DNA of 64,000 nucleotides from Lama glama. Lineage: Eukaryota. Below are positions 24,501-37,095 of this stretch, one piece after another. Below the pieces are notes generated by a model, which was not told the origin of the DNA, made no database searches, and was given only the letters and a program-made list of their open reading frames with translations. Numbering within the stretch: position 1 is the stretch's first letter; each line of letters begins with the position of its first letter. The stretch spans positions 76,014,001 through 76,078,000 of the forward strand of contig CM052817.1 of the NCBI GenBank assembly GCA_028534125.1. Reading direction: 5' to 3'. Made by a program: the position numbers and the translations under genes.

Positions 24501-25179
24501 CTCCAGAGCCAGCCCGCTGCTGAGAGCGGGGTGTGCTTCGCTGCCCAGCCTGGCCTGTGCCGTGCTGAGCAGCTCTGCCTCATTCTGGCTTCAGCCTGAG
24601 GCTCACTTGACAAGCACCCCTGAAGGTCCATTCTTCACTTTGGCCTCTATCTGGAATAAAGTCAAAAGCTTGGACCCATCTGCTTCTGTTTTTGACTTAG
24701 GTCTCAGTGTGTTCAGAATCCAGCAGGGGTGGAATGTGTATTTGTTTTCATCAAGCTATGTTTTTCCTTTCTATATCCAGGTATTTATCTGAAGCTGAGT
24801 CTTTTATTGATTAAGTTATTTACAAGGCCAAGACTTTTTTCCTAGTACGAGTTTTAATTAGTCCTAAGAAATTTCAGTATTTAGTAGTATTTTCTTGCTA
24901 CTTAGAATAAAGCCCTACGTTTACTTAATTTACTGATTTTTCTTTTTAGTTGAATATATAAAAATACTTTACATGTTTCACACCCGTAACCCTATGATCC
25001 TACATACAAGTGGCATTAAACCCTGAGCCTCTACCAGGGGCCCCATGTATTATTTATTAAAAAAAAAGAATCTAATTCATACATCTTTCAGATAGGATAG
25101 AGTCCCCATAATTTTTAGAGACTAAATACCCGTCAGAAGTGCAGTCTAACAAGTCAGTGCTGACTGTCTGCAATATGGC

Positions 25180-25500
25180 TGGATGAGCTCTAGTCTACCT
25201 GGGTGTTGTTTTAAGCAATACTGCAGAAAATGTCGTGATCAATTAACATCACTGAGTTTTCTATTCCTGTCATCTGTGACTCCCCACAACAGGGTCCTCT
25301 CTGGCTGTGTATTGTCTCCCACAGTATCATCCCATAATGGCCTATGGTTACTTTCCTCTCACCCAAAACTCCATCTTTTATCCCCAGATCATTTCACCAC
25401 ATACTCTGGAAACTCTATATTTTTGGAGAAACAAATTCTCGTCCTAACTTCTCCCACATTCCTTTCGTTGACTTGCACTGAAACTGGAAACTTTATTACC
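25180..25500 (+). mobile_element. L2 fragment
   Basis: Pyrimidine-rich degraded L2-like sequence (ggctgtgtattgtctcccacagtatcatcccataatggcc...aaactccatct). Confidence 0.45.
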
Positions 25501-28500
25501 CTCTCAGGTAAATAGTGTTCATTCTTGCACACGCATGGTAAAAACGAGATGCGTAAAAACAAAAACGTGTGAACAGACTCAGGTGATGTCCTTTGCTGCT
25601 GCTTCTTGCTGCTGCTCCCCTCTCCTCACCACCACCTTTTGTAAAATAGCCGTCTTCTACAGAGCTTAAAAAATACAAAGCTGTAGCACTCTCGCTATCA
25701 TTTTTCTCAAATTTATGTTCTTATTCTGTTGGTTTTGGAATCTTGGTCAAATTTTCCTATCCTTTTGGAGATTCTTGCTGACTTCTGGTTTTTATCTGGA
25801 ATATCCAACATCATCTAGTCTTTGTTACATGATACCCTCTTTTCTACTGAACTCCCTTGCCTGACGGCTTTAAGGATACATTCTTCTAAATAACAGTGAC
25901 TTTCCAATCATTGAAATCAAGTTCAAATCCTGTATTTTAGGTCAATCTTTCTCATTCAGTTATTCCCACTATATTTCTTCTTTGGCCTTATTGAAAATCC
26001 CAATCCTGTAACAGCTAAGTTTTTTAGATTTTTTTTATATATCAGCTTTTTATTTGTACTGCCAGCATTCCAGCAAGACATATTATCTCAACTCAGTTTT
26101 CCCAATGTTCCATATTTAAACTTATGTGGTAAAACTACAGTGTGAAAAACTCAAATTGTGTTACTATTCTCTACGTCAAATCTGAGGCAACTGAATATTC
26201 CTGTATGAAATTGTGGAATCTTGGTGTTCCTGCTGTTAATTTAGAGTGTTCACCTCAATTGTGCCTTCAGTGTTGCAGACAAACTTTGGTTTCTTTTATG
26301 TTTTATTTCAGCTACTTTAGTAATTTTCCAGTCTCCTTAAATTTTTGGCCATCTCTGAGCGTGAAAGCTTATAATTTCTTCACAGAAAAAAGTGGAGTCA
26401 AAATCTTGCCTTACATTCATATTTTGAATGTAGTATGATACTATCATGGTAATGAACGGTGATTTTTAAAAAATGGCAAAATTTCAAATCTGTTAAGATC
26501 ACTTTCTAACTTAAGCAATACAAAAGAGAAACACATGACATTAAAAAGTAAAGGATTTTGATAAGTAAAGTGTTTCAGATAGTTAGGAGTTTAACTTTTA
26601 CTCCAGTGTTCCATTTTAACGAAGTAATGATCTTAATTACAAATAAAATTACCAAATCCTTTATTTTTTCAATCATTATTCTTAACAAAGAATTTACTTT
26701 GTGCCTAGAATTTCTGCTGATTCCATGAAGATACTTAAATATCCCGCACTCTAATCCACATGAACATACAATTGAAGAGAAGTTTTAGCTTCAAAAACTA
26801 CCTCTGAATTTATTTCTTTAGGGGTGGTAGTTATCTTTTTTGTTCTTTTCTGGTTTTTTGTTTGTTTTCTGTGTCTAACTGGAATGAATGAGAAGTACTG
26901 GCTTTTAGTTAAATTGGAATATAAAATTAGTTTAAATGACCATGCTTATAGGTTTAATGTCTAACTTGAATTGTGGGAAAATATCACTTTTTGAAAACCT
27001 CTAGCTTCACTATTAATGTCCTTTTAATCATGAATTGAACATGAAATGATTTCAAGATCTGGTAAAATTGGACGTGATTTGTGTAATTGACCACTTAACA
27101 TATTTATTTAGGAAATATTCTAGTCATGTGACATTCAAGGAATTATTTGAAGACTTGTTACTGCTTTACACAGCAAAAAGTGAAATACTCCATTAAGTTT
27201 TTAGTCAAATCAATAAAAAGACCCATCAATCACTTCTAGTTAGGTTGCTCAAGTTAGTGTTCAGTTTGCAAGTACTGTTATTTGTCATTTGATTGTGCTG
27301 TAAATTTATTTAGTGATATTTAACACAAAAATGTGTCACAAAGTAGTTTGTTTTAATATTTCATACATATTTTTCTAAAGTTATTTATATTTGTTCAGAT
27401 TATTCAAACCTACATGCTTGGTGTCCTATTACAAGTAATTTAAAACTCTTTTCTCTGGATTTGATCATTGGGCCAGTGATACCAAAATCATGGATTTGGC
27501 TATCCTTGCTCTATTTTCCCATCACACATTGGGCCTTAGATAGGGGAGGATTGGTCCTAAACAGAAATTCCAGGCAAGACCAGGAAATCCTTCCTTGTCT
27601 TTGGGACATATAGTTAACTACCAGAATTTTTTTTTTTTTTTAGGTTGATATATATTTGCCACCTGTATTTTAGGTAGTGGGTTACAAATTTACTGTTAAC
27701 ACTTTCTTCCACATTGCATGACCTCTAGCTCATTTCCCCTTTTTGATAAAGAGGGAAAAAAGAAAAGAATTTTTAACTCAGAGGAGGAATCATTGTGAAA
27801 GGAAGGGAATTTATCAAAAAGGGCATTTTTTTTTGGAACTTAGTTGGCAAGGAGGCTAATGTTGACCCTTTAAAATAGTATTTTGGTTAGGATTTTAGAC
27901 ATTAACTTTCCATAAAATATAACAAAGTATGAATTTATAATTTAAAGTGTGAGTTCTACTAAAGAGATCAATAAGTAGTCTGGTTTAGCATAATTGGAAT
28001 TTTCTCCCTCTTATAGTTCTTTATTTCTGCTTCCAGTGTGGTAATTTTTTTCTTAAATCAGCTGTGTAGTTGGTTCTTGCTTAGTAAATATCCATATCAT
28101 GAAATAAATGCCTTGATTCTCTAATTGTTTTAGATAGTTGTGAACAAATTATTGCTGACTATACTTCAAGGTATCTACTAACCCTAGTGGGCTCCTGTAA
28201 TTCAGAATATTAAGTTTTGTCTCCTACTGGATTTAATTCACTAATGAAATACATGTTGATCACCAGTTATAGACAGGTATCTACTGGGCATTAAAACTTG
28301 TAAAATATCCACAGGAGAAAATGGAAAGGAGCAGGAGCAATTTCCAAGGAGATATCTCTCTGCATTTCTTGTCTCCATTTTTTTTTTAACTTAATGGAGA
28401 CCTTTTGCTGAAGGTTCCTAGAGCATTTCAAGTACAGTTTCATAAGGATACATGCCAAAATGCATTGTGTTCAATAATTTTAGAATAAGATACTCATTCA

Positions 28501-30019
28501 ACTAGTTCTAGGTCCAGAGCCCCTTTGCTGGGGATTAGTTAACAATAGTTAAAACATCTTTTAAATTGAGCCTGGTAATTACCTTTCAATATTAAGTACT
28601 AATTGAATGATTATTTACTGAACTTGTAATATGTTTAAGTTTACTATTCTTGCGCACAAGAAATTGAAAATTCATCATGGCCAATGCCCCCTCAGGTGTG
28701 TCTTTAGAGTAAGGGTGTGTGCACATGCATGTGCTGTGAGTGACCAAGGGTTCGTATTTGTTCTGTACTGAACAATCTCATGCACCTGGATTGCCCCACA
28801 CGTACACAATGAAATGATTACCACTACTGAAACGACATAATTAGGGAGAAAAGATAGAATGTGTTGGTTTGCACATTGGACTAGAAGAAGTAAGAAGATA
28901 GGAAAATGTAGTTTTGTCATCAGAGACTCTTAAGGAACTCTGGTTTGGGTCTTCGTTTCCTCGTAGAAAGTGGTTTTCCATCTCTTGGGAACACAATGAC
29001 AGTGTTTTCTCTAAACACCTTCAGCTGTTCTTCACCTCTGACTCCACCAATTGGTGCCAACAAAGATGATCTTCTTTAAGGTCTACACAATCTTGCAGTG
29101 GTTCCTGAGTCGTTGGGCATAGTTGTGAGGAGAGATGATATTCCACCGGGCACTCTCAGATGTCTCTCTAAGCCGTGAATGTGTAATATGAACAAGAAAT
29201 TCAATTGAGAAAGATATTAACAATAACCTGAAAAAAATGTCATTATGTTAGAAACTGAAGTCATTCCTGAGGACCTAAGTGCTCTTAGTCTCTCAGGTAG
29301 GAGTGTTGATTTTTCAGGGATTGCTTTTCCCCTGGGCATACATGAGGCAGCCTTAACTGAAGGTCCTGGACAGGCCTTTAAATAGTCTAAAGGCATTTTT
29401 ACTTTTCAACCGGGTTTCAGAAAAAATGAGACTGGGAAAATACAATGCGTGAAAATACCAGAGGTGAACCAAGGAAGGGATGTTATCAAAAGCCAAAGAA
29501 TGCTTCGGAATATTTCACTTACATAATGCATCTCTCCATTTGTAAAAGTGTTTTAAAAAATATAAGCATTCTTCTGAATTATGTTTGTTTCACAGTTTTT
29601 GCTTCAAGATAATAGTTTTTAATATATATGTAATATAACATCAAAACACCAAGTAAACTAAATGGAAAACTAAATCTAAACTAGGTGTTTGGCATCCATT
29701 GGCCTATTTTTCTGGCTAAATTTTGCATTTCTCAGGGTTTTATTTGAATACTAAGTCCAAAAGTCTCTGCTGGATTCACCTGCATGTTAAATGTTCTCTC
29801 CTTTGCAACAATTTGCATCAGCTAAAATACTGTGAAGCAGAGTTCACCTCAGATACTTATATTAGTGTTGTCAGTGTGTTTTCCTCCCTGTTTCTCAAGG
29901 TCACGTTCCCTCTTTGACACGAGTGCATATACTTATTCCAAGAATGCTATCATGCAGGTGCCAGATTTTGTTGCAACCACAAAACAAACACAACAAACAA
30001 AAAAAGAAAACTTAGTAAA

Positions 30020-30440
30020 AAATTCCTAATAGAATCAATTAAATTCATATAGTACTTTGAAAGAAATGCACACAGAATATATAAACATGGTATATCTTTC
30101 CCCTTGTTCAGACTTGCTTTATGTTTCAGTATCATTTTATACCCTTCGTATAGGTCCTGATACTTTTCATTTATATGTATTTCTACTTTCCGCTTACACA
30201 AATTTCTAAGTATTATTTTCAGCCTGAAATTCTCATTTTCATTTCTACATACTGTTTGCTCAAGTAGACAAAATCTGTCTTTTATAGATTGTTTTTATAT
30301 CCAGCCACTTCACCAAATTTTACAAGTTATCCCAACTTAAAAAAAAATCCTGTTGGACTTGTCAGATATAAAAACAGATTAAAAATGATTTTTTTACCAG
30401 TTATTTTGTGTGCGTGTGTACATAAATTTGCCAGAAACTT
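30020..30440 (-). mobile_element. Old L1 (L1ME-like) ORF2 fragment
   Basis: ORF 29950-30201 contains degraded ORF2 (YQDLYEGYKMILK..LNKGKDIPCL); tttatatccagccacttcaccaaatt. Confidence 0.6.
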
Positions 30441-31229
30441 AGGCAATATTAAATAATGATGGCAATTTGTGGTAGCTGTCCCTAGTGGAATAGTTTTTAA
30501 CTTTTTGTTGGTCTTTGGTAACCATTTAAATATCATTATATGTGATTCTAATTATTTATTCTTTAGTATTAGACAGTTACAATAAAAATGCTGACAGGTA
30601 TTATATAACTTTTCAGCATATACTGATGTTACTAAAAGTCCTATAAGTTTGGGAGTAAGGTATTGTCTTTATTTTATTTCACTTAAACCTTTGTTTTATA
30701 AGATTATATTTTTTTCAGATAGTTGGAACATTTTGGCTTACATTATACTAATATTAGTATGATTCCTATTAAAATTTTCACTATAATCAGAAGGTTAAGA
30801 AAAGCTTATGTCCTGAAATAAGGTTGACCTCATCTTGCCCCCCGGAGTGATTGACAGGCTGCAGTGTCCGGGCACCTGGGCACCCAAGGTGCTGCCGCAG
30901 TCTCCTCTCCAGTCCAGCCTCCTTCATCCTGGCCGTACGATGGCCTTTACCTTGAAAGCCTGATTCACTTCCCATTTCCTCACTGAAAACTAGGCTCAGT
31001 CCTGAATCTCAGTCTGCTTTTCTGGGTCCTGAATACGTTCAGGACTTGACTTTGCCTTTGTCCCCTCTGAGGAGGCTGTGGTGTAAGTCCTCAATCCATC
31101 AACTACCACTCTAGATCTGATTATGGGTTTAATTAAGTTAAGCCTTCAATAGTCGCCTCTTATCCTACCTCACTGACCTGATGAAAAGACCATTATCTGC
31201 TCCATCATGCCTTGCAGATTACATGCCTT

Positions 31230-33866
31230 TTAACTATCGATTGAACAGAGAATTTCATCTTAGAGTTTCTACCTACTTGACCCAATTCATCTAGTCTTCC
31301 TTAACTTTAATAGTAACAATGTCTCTTTCCTCCCACTTCAATTAGACAAACTTAAATGTCATCCTAAATTACTTTTCTTGCTGGCAAAGTTGGTAACAGA
31401 TAACATAAACTTGTGACTAGCAAAGCTATCTAGAATAAAAGTTGCATAACTGCATTGTATTTAATGCTGATAACTCTGAAAATACTCCTATTTTCATTTA
31501 ACCAACAAACTTCAACTGCCTTTTATTTACTAAAAATTATCCCTAATCACATGAACTTTAGAAATATTTGAATTTCTATTTCTGAAAGTTTTGAAATATT
31601 TAATTCATACCAGCACTTATTTTAGGCCAACTAGAGTTCTTTTATAAATTAATTTTGGTGATACCATCCAGAGGTAGAAAAGAATATCCCACATCTACAA
31701 TATACATTTATAGACATACATAAACATAAAGACACAGATCTTATAGCTTACATTTAAAATATTTGGTAATGAGACAGGCAGTATCATACAAACTCACTAG
31801 TTTATAAATAATAGTTGAATCCAAATTTTATTTCTGATGGTTGGAATAGGTAAGTTTCACTGCTTAGATGGCTAAAGGTTCTTACTAATATTTGTAGAGA
31901 TGACTTAATAGCTACTTTTTCATTTTCTTTTTTCTTTTTTTTTTTTTTTTTTGCCTTCCTGAGAAGGTTTCCCTGAAGTGTGCATTTCAAGGAGAGAAAG
32001 CTCAGATTCTAGAGAAGACAGGGTAGAAAATTGATATCTCAAAGGCGTGGAGAAACTATTCAAGTTTTCTCCAAGGAGTATTAGAGCAAATTTGCCTATT
32101 ACCAAAGGTCTAGATTGGTTACTATTTAAATTTTCATTTTTCATAAGTAAGGACAGTTCTGTTTTCAATATTCTGATTTTTAACAATATCTGCAAGTATT
32201 TTGAGATAAATAGTGGAGGTTTGGGGCTTGTCCAAAAGGATATGTGGGTTTTGAACACCTTCTAGAGCTGAATTTCTGCTCTTGTAAACACTTGATTTGT
32301 AAGATAAAGTTGCTTTTCTTTCCTCAAAGAATTAGATTGCAGCCTGAGCGATATCAGTGAGCTTATCTGCCCATCCAACTATGCTTTCTTCAATTAGCTT
32401 CTTTATTTTAGGAGATGATTTCAAACTAAGATGGCAATCAAAAAGATTCTTATGCGGCAGGGTTGAATGCGGCATACCTTTTTAAATCTGTATAAATGCT
32501 CACTTTTTTTCCCGAGTGTCAAGGAAAAGGCTCTGCTATTGTTTCTATCAGCTCCCGAATGCATCAGCTTCCTGCTGATCCATTTCCTAATCATTTATAG
32601 GAGGGCCTGGGAAAAATTCTGCTCATGTGTTTCCTCTTTGGGGGGGATTTCCCCCAGGGGACCATCTGGCCTGTCTGATAAATACAGCTTAACCACAGGT
32701 GAGAACATCCCTTAGCAGCCAGTCAGGGTCCCTGTGAGCGGGGTTGTGGCTGTCTATTGATCTTTCCCATTCCTCTCAAAATTTGGTAGAATCTTCCAAA
32801 AGTGGAGGGAAAAGGCTTTGTTTTATTTCTTAAGGGAATCCTTGTTCTCCTTTATGTCCTTTTTCCCAGCGTGGCCTTTCCATAGTTACCAGTAAGATAG
32901 CTGTTTAGATGAGGGCTCTCTAAAATTCTTTTTTTAATGTAGAAATTTTTCCAATTCAAAGAATCCATCTGGCCTTTGACAAGTAGGATTTTCAGTAGTG
33001 TGTTTTCCTCAATGGTGACTCAGCCCAGTAAGGTTTTTTATGGCTTAAACATGGATGCAAGAGGCATGCACTAAGGATGTAAAAGACGTAGCCCTGTGAG
33101 GCCCAGGAAGTTCACTCCCAGTCAGCCTAAGATGCATACGCCTTTGCTGTTACAGGCTGTAAGAATGGGGTTTTTAAAAGCAATGTCTTTGGGCTCCTAC
33201 AAGAATGTGGGATGGCTCCAGTTAAAGATCCACTAATCTATGACACCAGACAGGCACTACTGCAATGGGACAATGATGGTTGAAAGGACAAAGGCCCTTT
33301 TAGACTGGGACCCCTTGAGACAAACTGGCACAGTTGAACAAAGAGGATGTGGCTTGCCGCTTGATTGCCTTGGATTCCCAGGCTCTTCAGCTGGCTGCCA
33401 GTGCAAGCAAACACTTGCATCTTTGGCTGACAGGCCAGGGAGAACATTCTTACTGGTCACAAAGTCACGCTCTCAAGAAACAGAAAAGAAAGAAAGGAAA
33501 ACCAAATGTCTATTGTTTTCTCCTTATGACAAATGGCACAAAAAACAGAGGAAAACAGTAACTACCTCTGGGAAGAAAGGGATTAGTGGAAAACAAGAGT
33601 TCTCATAACAAAAATCGTTACCAGAGTTGCTATACCCAAGAAACTAGTTTTCACAAATACTTTCTTCTAAGAACCTAAATTTGGAGGAGAAAGGATAAGA
33701 CATTTTTACCTTCCTCTCTCAACTAGGCATTGCAGAGAGAGATCTAGAAGAGCTGGCTGGGTAAGGAGTCTTACCCTTTTCTAGCTTCTGCCAGTTTTCT
33801 AGGATCCCTTCTGCAGGCTCCAATTGAGTACAGTGTCTTGAAAGTTCCCTTCGTGGGTCACCAAAC
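31230..33866 (-). mobile_element. ERV1 internal sequence (MER4-group / MER34-int-like): leader, degraded gag region, AT-rich segment
   Basis: Directly follows an LTR and PBS; leader with splice donor aagggtaagac (plus strand gtcttaccctt, ~33768-33778); MER4-group-like AT-rich stretch taaccaacaaac..tttatttactaaaaattatccc. Left boundary uncertain. Confidence 0.7.
33845..33863 (-). promoter_or_regulatory. Retroviral primer-binding site, tRNA-Arg-like
   Basis: Minus strand reads LTR ...caaca-gtt-TGGTGACCCACGAAGGGAA, close to the complement of a tRNA-Arg(TCG) 3' end (TGGCGACCACGAAGGGAC). Confidence 0.7.
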
Positions 33867-34479
33867 TGTTGGAGAGGAAGAAGAATTTTTACTCTAGGTT
33901 CTTGTAAGACCCCCTCTAATAAACAGATTAACAGGAGAAAAATAAACATTTAGTAACATGTGTATCTCCTGTGTACATGGAAGATACGCAGGAAAAGTAA
34001 GTAAATCTCTGAAATGATCCAAGCCATAACCTAAATACCACCTCAAGATAAAGACAAAAGAAAGATGGGAAAAAAAAGTTTTGTAAGTCTGTACATAATA
34101 GATGTTAATTAGATTTGTTTTGGTAATCTTTTTATAATATATACAAATATTGCATTATATTGTTTACCTGAAATTAATATAATGTATGTCATTTATACTT
34201 CAATTTAAATAAGCATTGAGTGGGTGGGGGGAAGGCCAGTTATGAGAAAGTGCCTGAAGTTTAGTCATTCTTCTTTCTGGTACAGAGAAGGAGACATCTA
34301 CACTTAGAAGGGAAATCTCAGATGGAAGTTACCCTTGTAAATGTAGATGTCCCTTACACAGAGTAACTTCTACTCTGCTTTCAGAGATTGGTGTCTACTG
34401 TAGCTCAAAAATAAGCAGCTCAAAACAATTCATATGCCAAACAAGCATATTTTGGGGTGGAAAATTTTGCTCCCCTTCA
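33867..34479 (-). mobile_element. 5' LTR (MER34-like), interrupted by an L1 3' fragment
   Basis: Minus strand starts TGAAGGGGAGCAAAATTTTCCACCCCAAAATATGC and ends ...CCAACA next to the PBS. Confidence 0.8.
34078..34212 (+). mobile_element. Short L1 3' end nested in the LTR
   Basis: gatgttaattag...taatatatacaaatat...ttatattgtttacctgaaattaatataatgtatgtcatttatacttcaatttaaa. Confidence 0.75.
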
Positions 34480-35822
34480 TATATCTAGAATCTCCAGTTA
34501 GCCAGGGAGATATTTAATGATTATATTTAATAGGAATCCATGTTACACATAGGGTGTGGATAGAACATTAACAAGATTATTTACAGCTTTATTTTGAGGT
34601 TAATAAGTGTAGTTCAGGTATTTTATATATAGACTAGATTTTTTTAACAAATGAGGGACACGGTGGACTCCATGCATGAAAGTATTAAATATGAGAGTTT
34701 CTGAGGTGCTTACCAAGTCTTTACGCAAAGATGTGCTTATATGGTTATCTGGGGCAACAACTCGAGAGAAAGATACAGATTGTATATATTTGGGTGCTTT
34801 ATGGGACCCATTATCCTTTAGAAGGATAAGCTTTTAATTGCTCATGTATAAAATACAGAAAAAATGAAAGATGAGGGTAAAAATGCCACATCAGAGGACA
34901 GCGACACTGAAGGTAGGGGGAAAGACCTGCAAATAAAATGGAGAGTATCAAAAATTTAAAAGGAAATTCAGGATACAGTGATAGTTCATGTTCGTTAACA
35001 TATATTCCTACTTATTTTACAGATGGGGACAGTAATGAGTTTAAATAAGTGGCTATGACATCTTGATAATGTACAGGTTTGTGAACTGCCTAAGTCAACA
35101 TGAAAATACCTTTGCCCACAGCCCTGTCGGCAGCTCTGTATCCTCCCTATATCTTCTACAGTGAGAGTATGGTCTCTATTTCTATTGACTGAGATAAGAG
35201 ATAATCATGATAATTCAGATATAAAATCTCTTCTAGGATTTTAGAGAGATAAAACTGAAATTTTGATGATTCACAAGTTAAAAGTTATTTGCAAAACCTC
35301 ACATGGGCATTGCATGATATTTAATGCAAGTGGTCCGGAGCCTGATTATTAATTCCAATAAAATGTTTCTCACTATCAGCTGATTCGCTTCAAGAGTTAG
35401 TTGTGTTCCATATTGAAAAAGATGTATGGCTTTGTACATATCAGGCATTCTGAATACTTGTAGTTAATGAATACTTTAAAAATAATTTTGGGGAGTTAAT
35501 TATATTATTAGTTTGTACATTACCAATCTTTAAGGTTACTGCCATCCAGAGAACAGTTTTGATCTGACATTTTTAAAATTGTGGTTAAAAACATGGTATC
35601 TCCTCTAATAAAATTTTAAGTGTACAATACAGTATTGTTAACAAATGTACAATATTGTAAAACAGATCTCTACAACATATTCATCTTGTATAAGTGAAAC
35701 TTTATACCAATTGGACAGCAATTCCCCATCTCCCTCTCCCATCAGCCCCTGGCAACTACTGTCCTATCCTCTGCTTCTATGATTTTGACTATTTTAGGTA
35801 CCTCATATAAGTGCAATCATAC

Positions 35823-36221
35823 CGTTTCCAGGAGGAGGGGAAAAAAGTTACCTTGGTTCTTAGTAGAAAAAAAATGAATTTCTAATGGGAGACAGAGAGC
35901 ATGATATAAACAGAAGATTTTATTAGTAAAGTAAAAAGGTGGTAAAATATAGTGCACTTCTGAGAAATGGGGGCGGAGGAAAAATGTTCCCGCTCCTTTG
36001 TTTTTCCTGTTCTTATTTCCTGGCTTAGGAAGTGTTTTTGTGACTGCTTGATTGATGGCAGCCACAGTGATTCTAGCCAGCTTCTTTGCTGGCTTTCATT
36101 TAGAGAAAGTAAGTTTTTGGAGCCCCTTATCCTGAGCCCAGGCATACTGTTATTTTCTGAGTTGCTCCTTCCCCCTTCCTTTCCTCTCCCCTGGTGCTCA
36201 TTTCTATCTAACTGTCTAACA
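35823..36221 (-). mobile_element. ERV1 3' LTR
   Basis: Minus strand: polypurine tract AGAGGGGGGAA (36222-36232) then TGTTAGACAG...; AATAAA near 35920; about 95 bp beyond it to the LTR end. Confidence 0.85.
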
Positions 36222-37095
36222 TTCCCCCCTCTAGCCATAGGACCCCAAATCTTTGGGATGTAGAGGGTGACAACTGCTCTAGCTACTTCCTGCTGATCTG
36301 GGGCAATGAAGGGGTTTGTTGGGGTTCTAGACTAGCTGCCTGTCACCGGGCAGATGGTGAGTGAAGGGTCAGTGTCCATCCAGGGGGCTTGTGTCAAAGC
36401 CATCTAGGCTGGTTGGTTGATTACCTTGTTGTATAGCCATTTGAAGTTTGATTAACTCAAAGCGTTGCTGAAAAGCAGTCACAGATCGCTAAGAGGTTTG
36501 CAAGAATATGTGGAATCTGTGGTGTCTTGGATGCCGGGGTCCAGGTTTTTAATGTATTGGTCTTCTTGGGTGGATTTCCAAGGTTTTACTCAGGTGTGAT
36601 GTATCCAGCTGGCAATTCCAGGAACCTTTACTGCAGTGGCAGAAGACAGAAGAACAGGGTACAGCCCTTTCCATACGGTTTGAAGTTGGGAGGCTAAGGA
36701 GCTGTCTTTCCAGGCTTTGATCAACACCCAAGTGCCAGGGGGATACAAAGGAGATCCTATTGCCACATGAGGTCCCATTTTTTAGCCCAAATTATTTAGA
36801 GTGTTTGGGAATTAAGAGCTTGGGCATATGCCCCAAAGGGGTGATTTTATTATCAATGTCTCCGTCCGAATAAATGGTCTTCCATCGAGAGCTTTATAAG
36901 GACTAAGGCCCATGGTTGCCTTGAGAGCTACCATGGTTTGTAAAAGAGCTGTTGGCAGGTCTTCTTTTCTTAGGCAAACTACAAGGCTCATGTTAGGGCA
37001 ATTATTTTAGCCAGTTGTGCTGAGGTGCCAGTAGGCAATGGCTTAGCTTCTATAACCTCATGGAGGGACATGGATGAGTATCTGGTTTATGATTC
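36222..37095 (-). pseudogene. pol: Deleted gammaretrovirus-like ERV internal region: RNase H, integrase and env-tail remnants
   Basis: Minus-strand translations: RNase H SLHEVIEAKPLPTGTSAQLAKIIALT* (~36990-37070); integrase core end LPTALLQTMVALKATMGLSPYKALDGRPFI (~36870-36960); integrase C-terminus WKGLYPVLLSSATAVKVPGIASWIHHT (ORF 36590-36778); env cytoplasmic tail QQRFELIKLQMAIQQG (~36420-36470). Confidence 0.9.

Noticed and set aside
27673..27684. 12-nt match to Y4 RNA (ggtagtgggtta)
   Set aside because: Similarity does not extend on either side.
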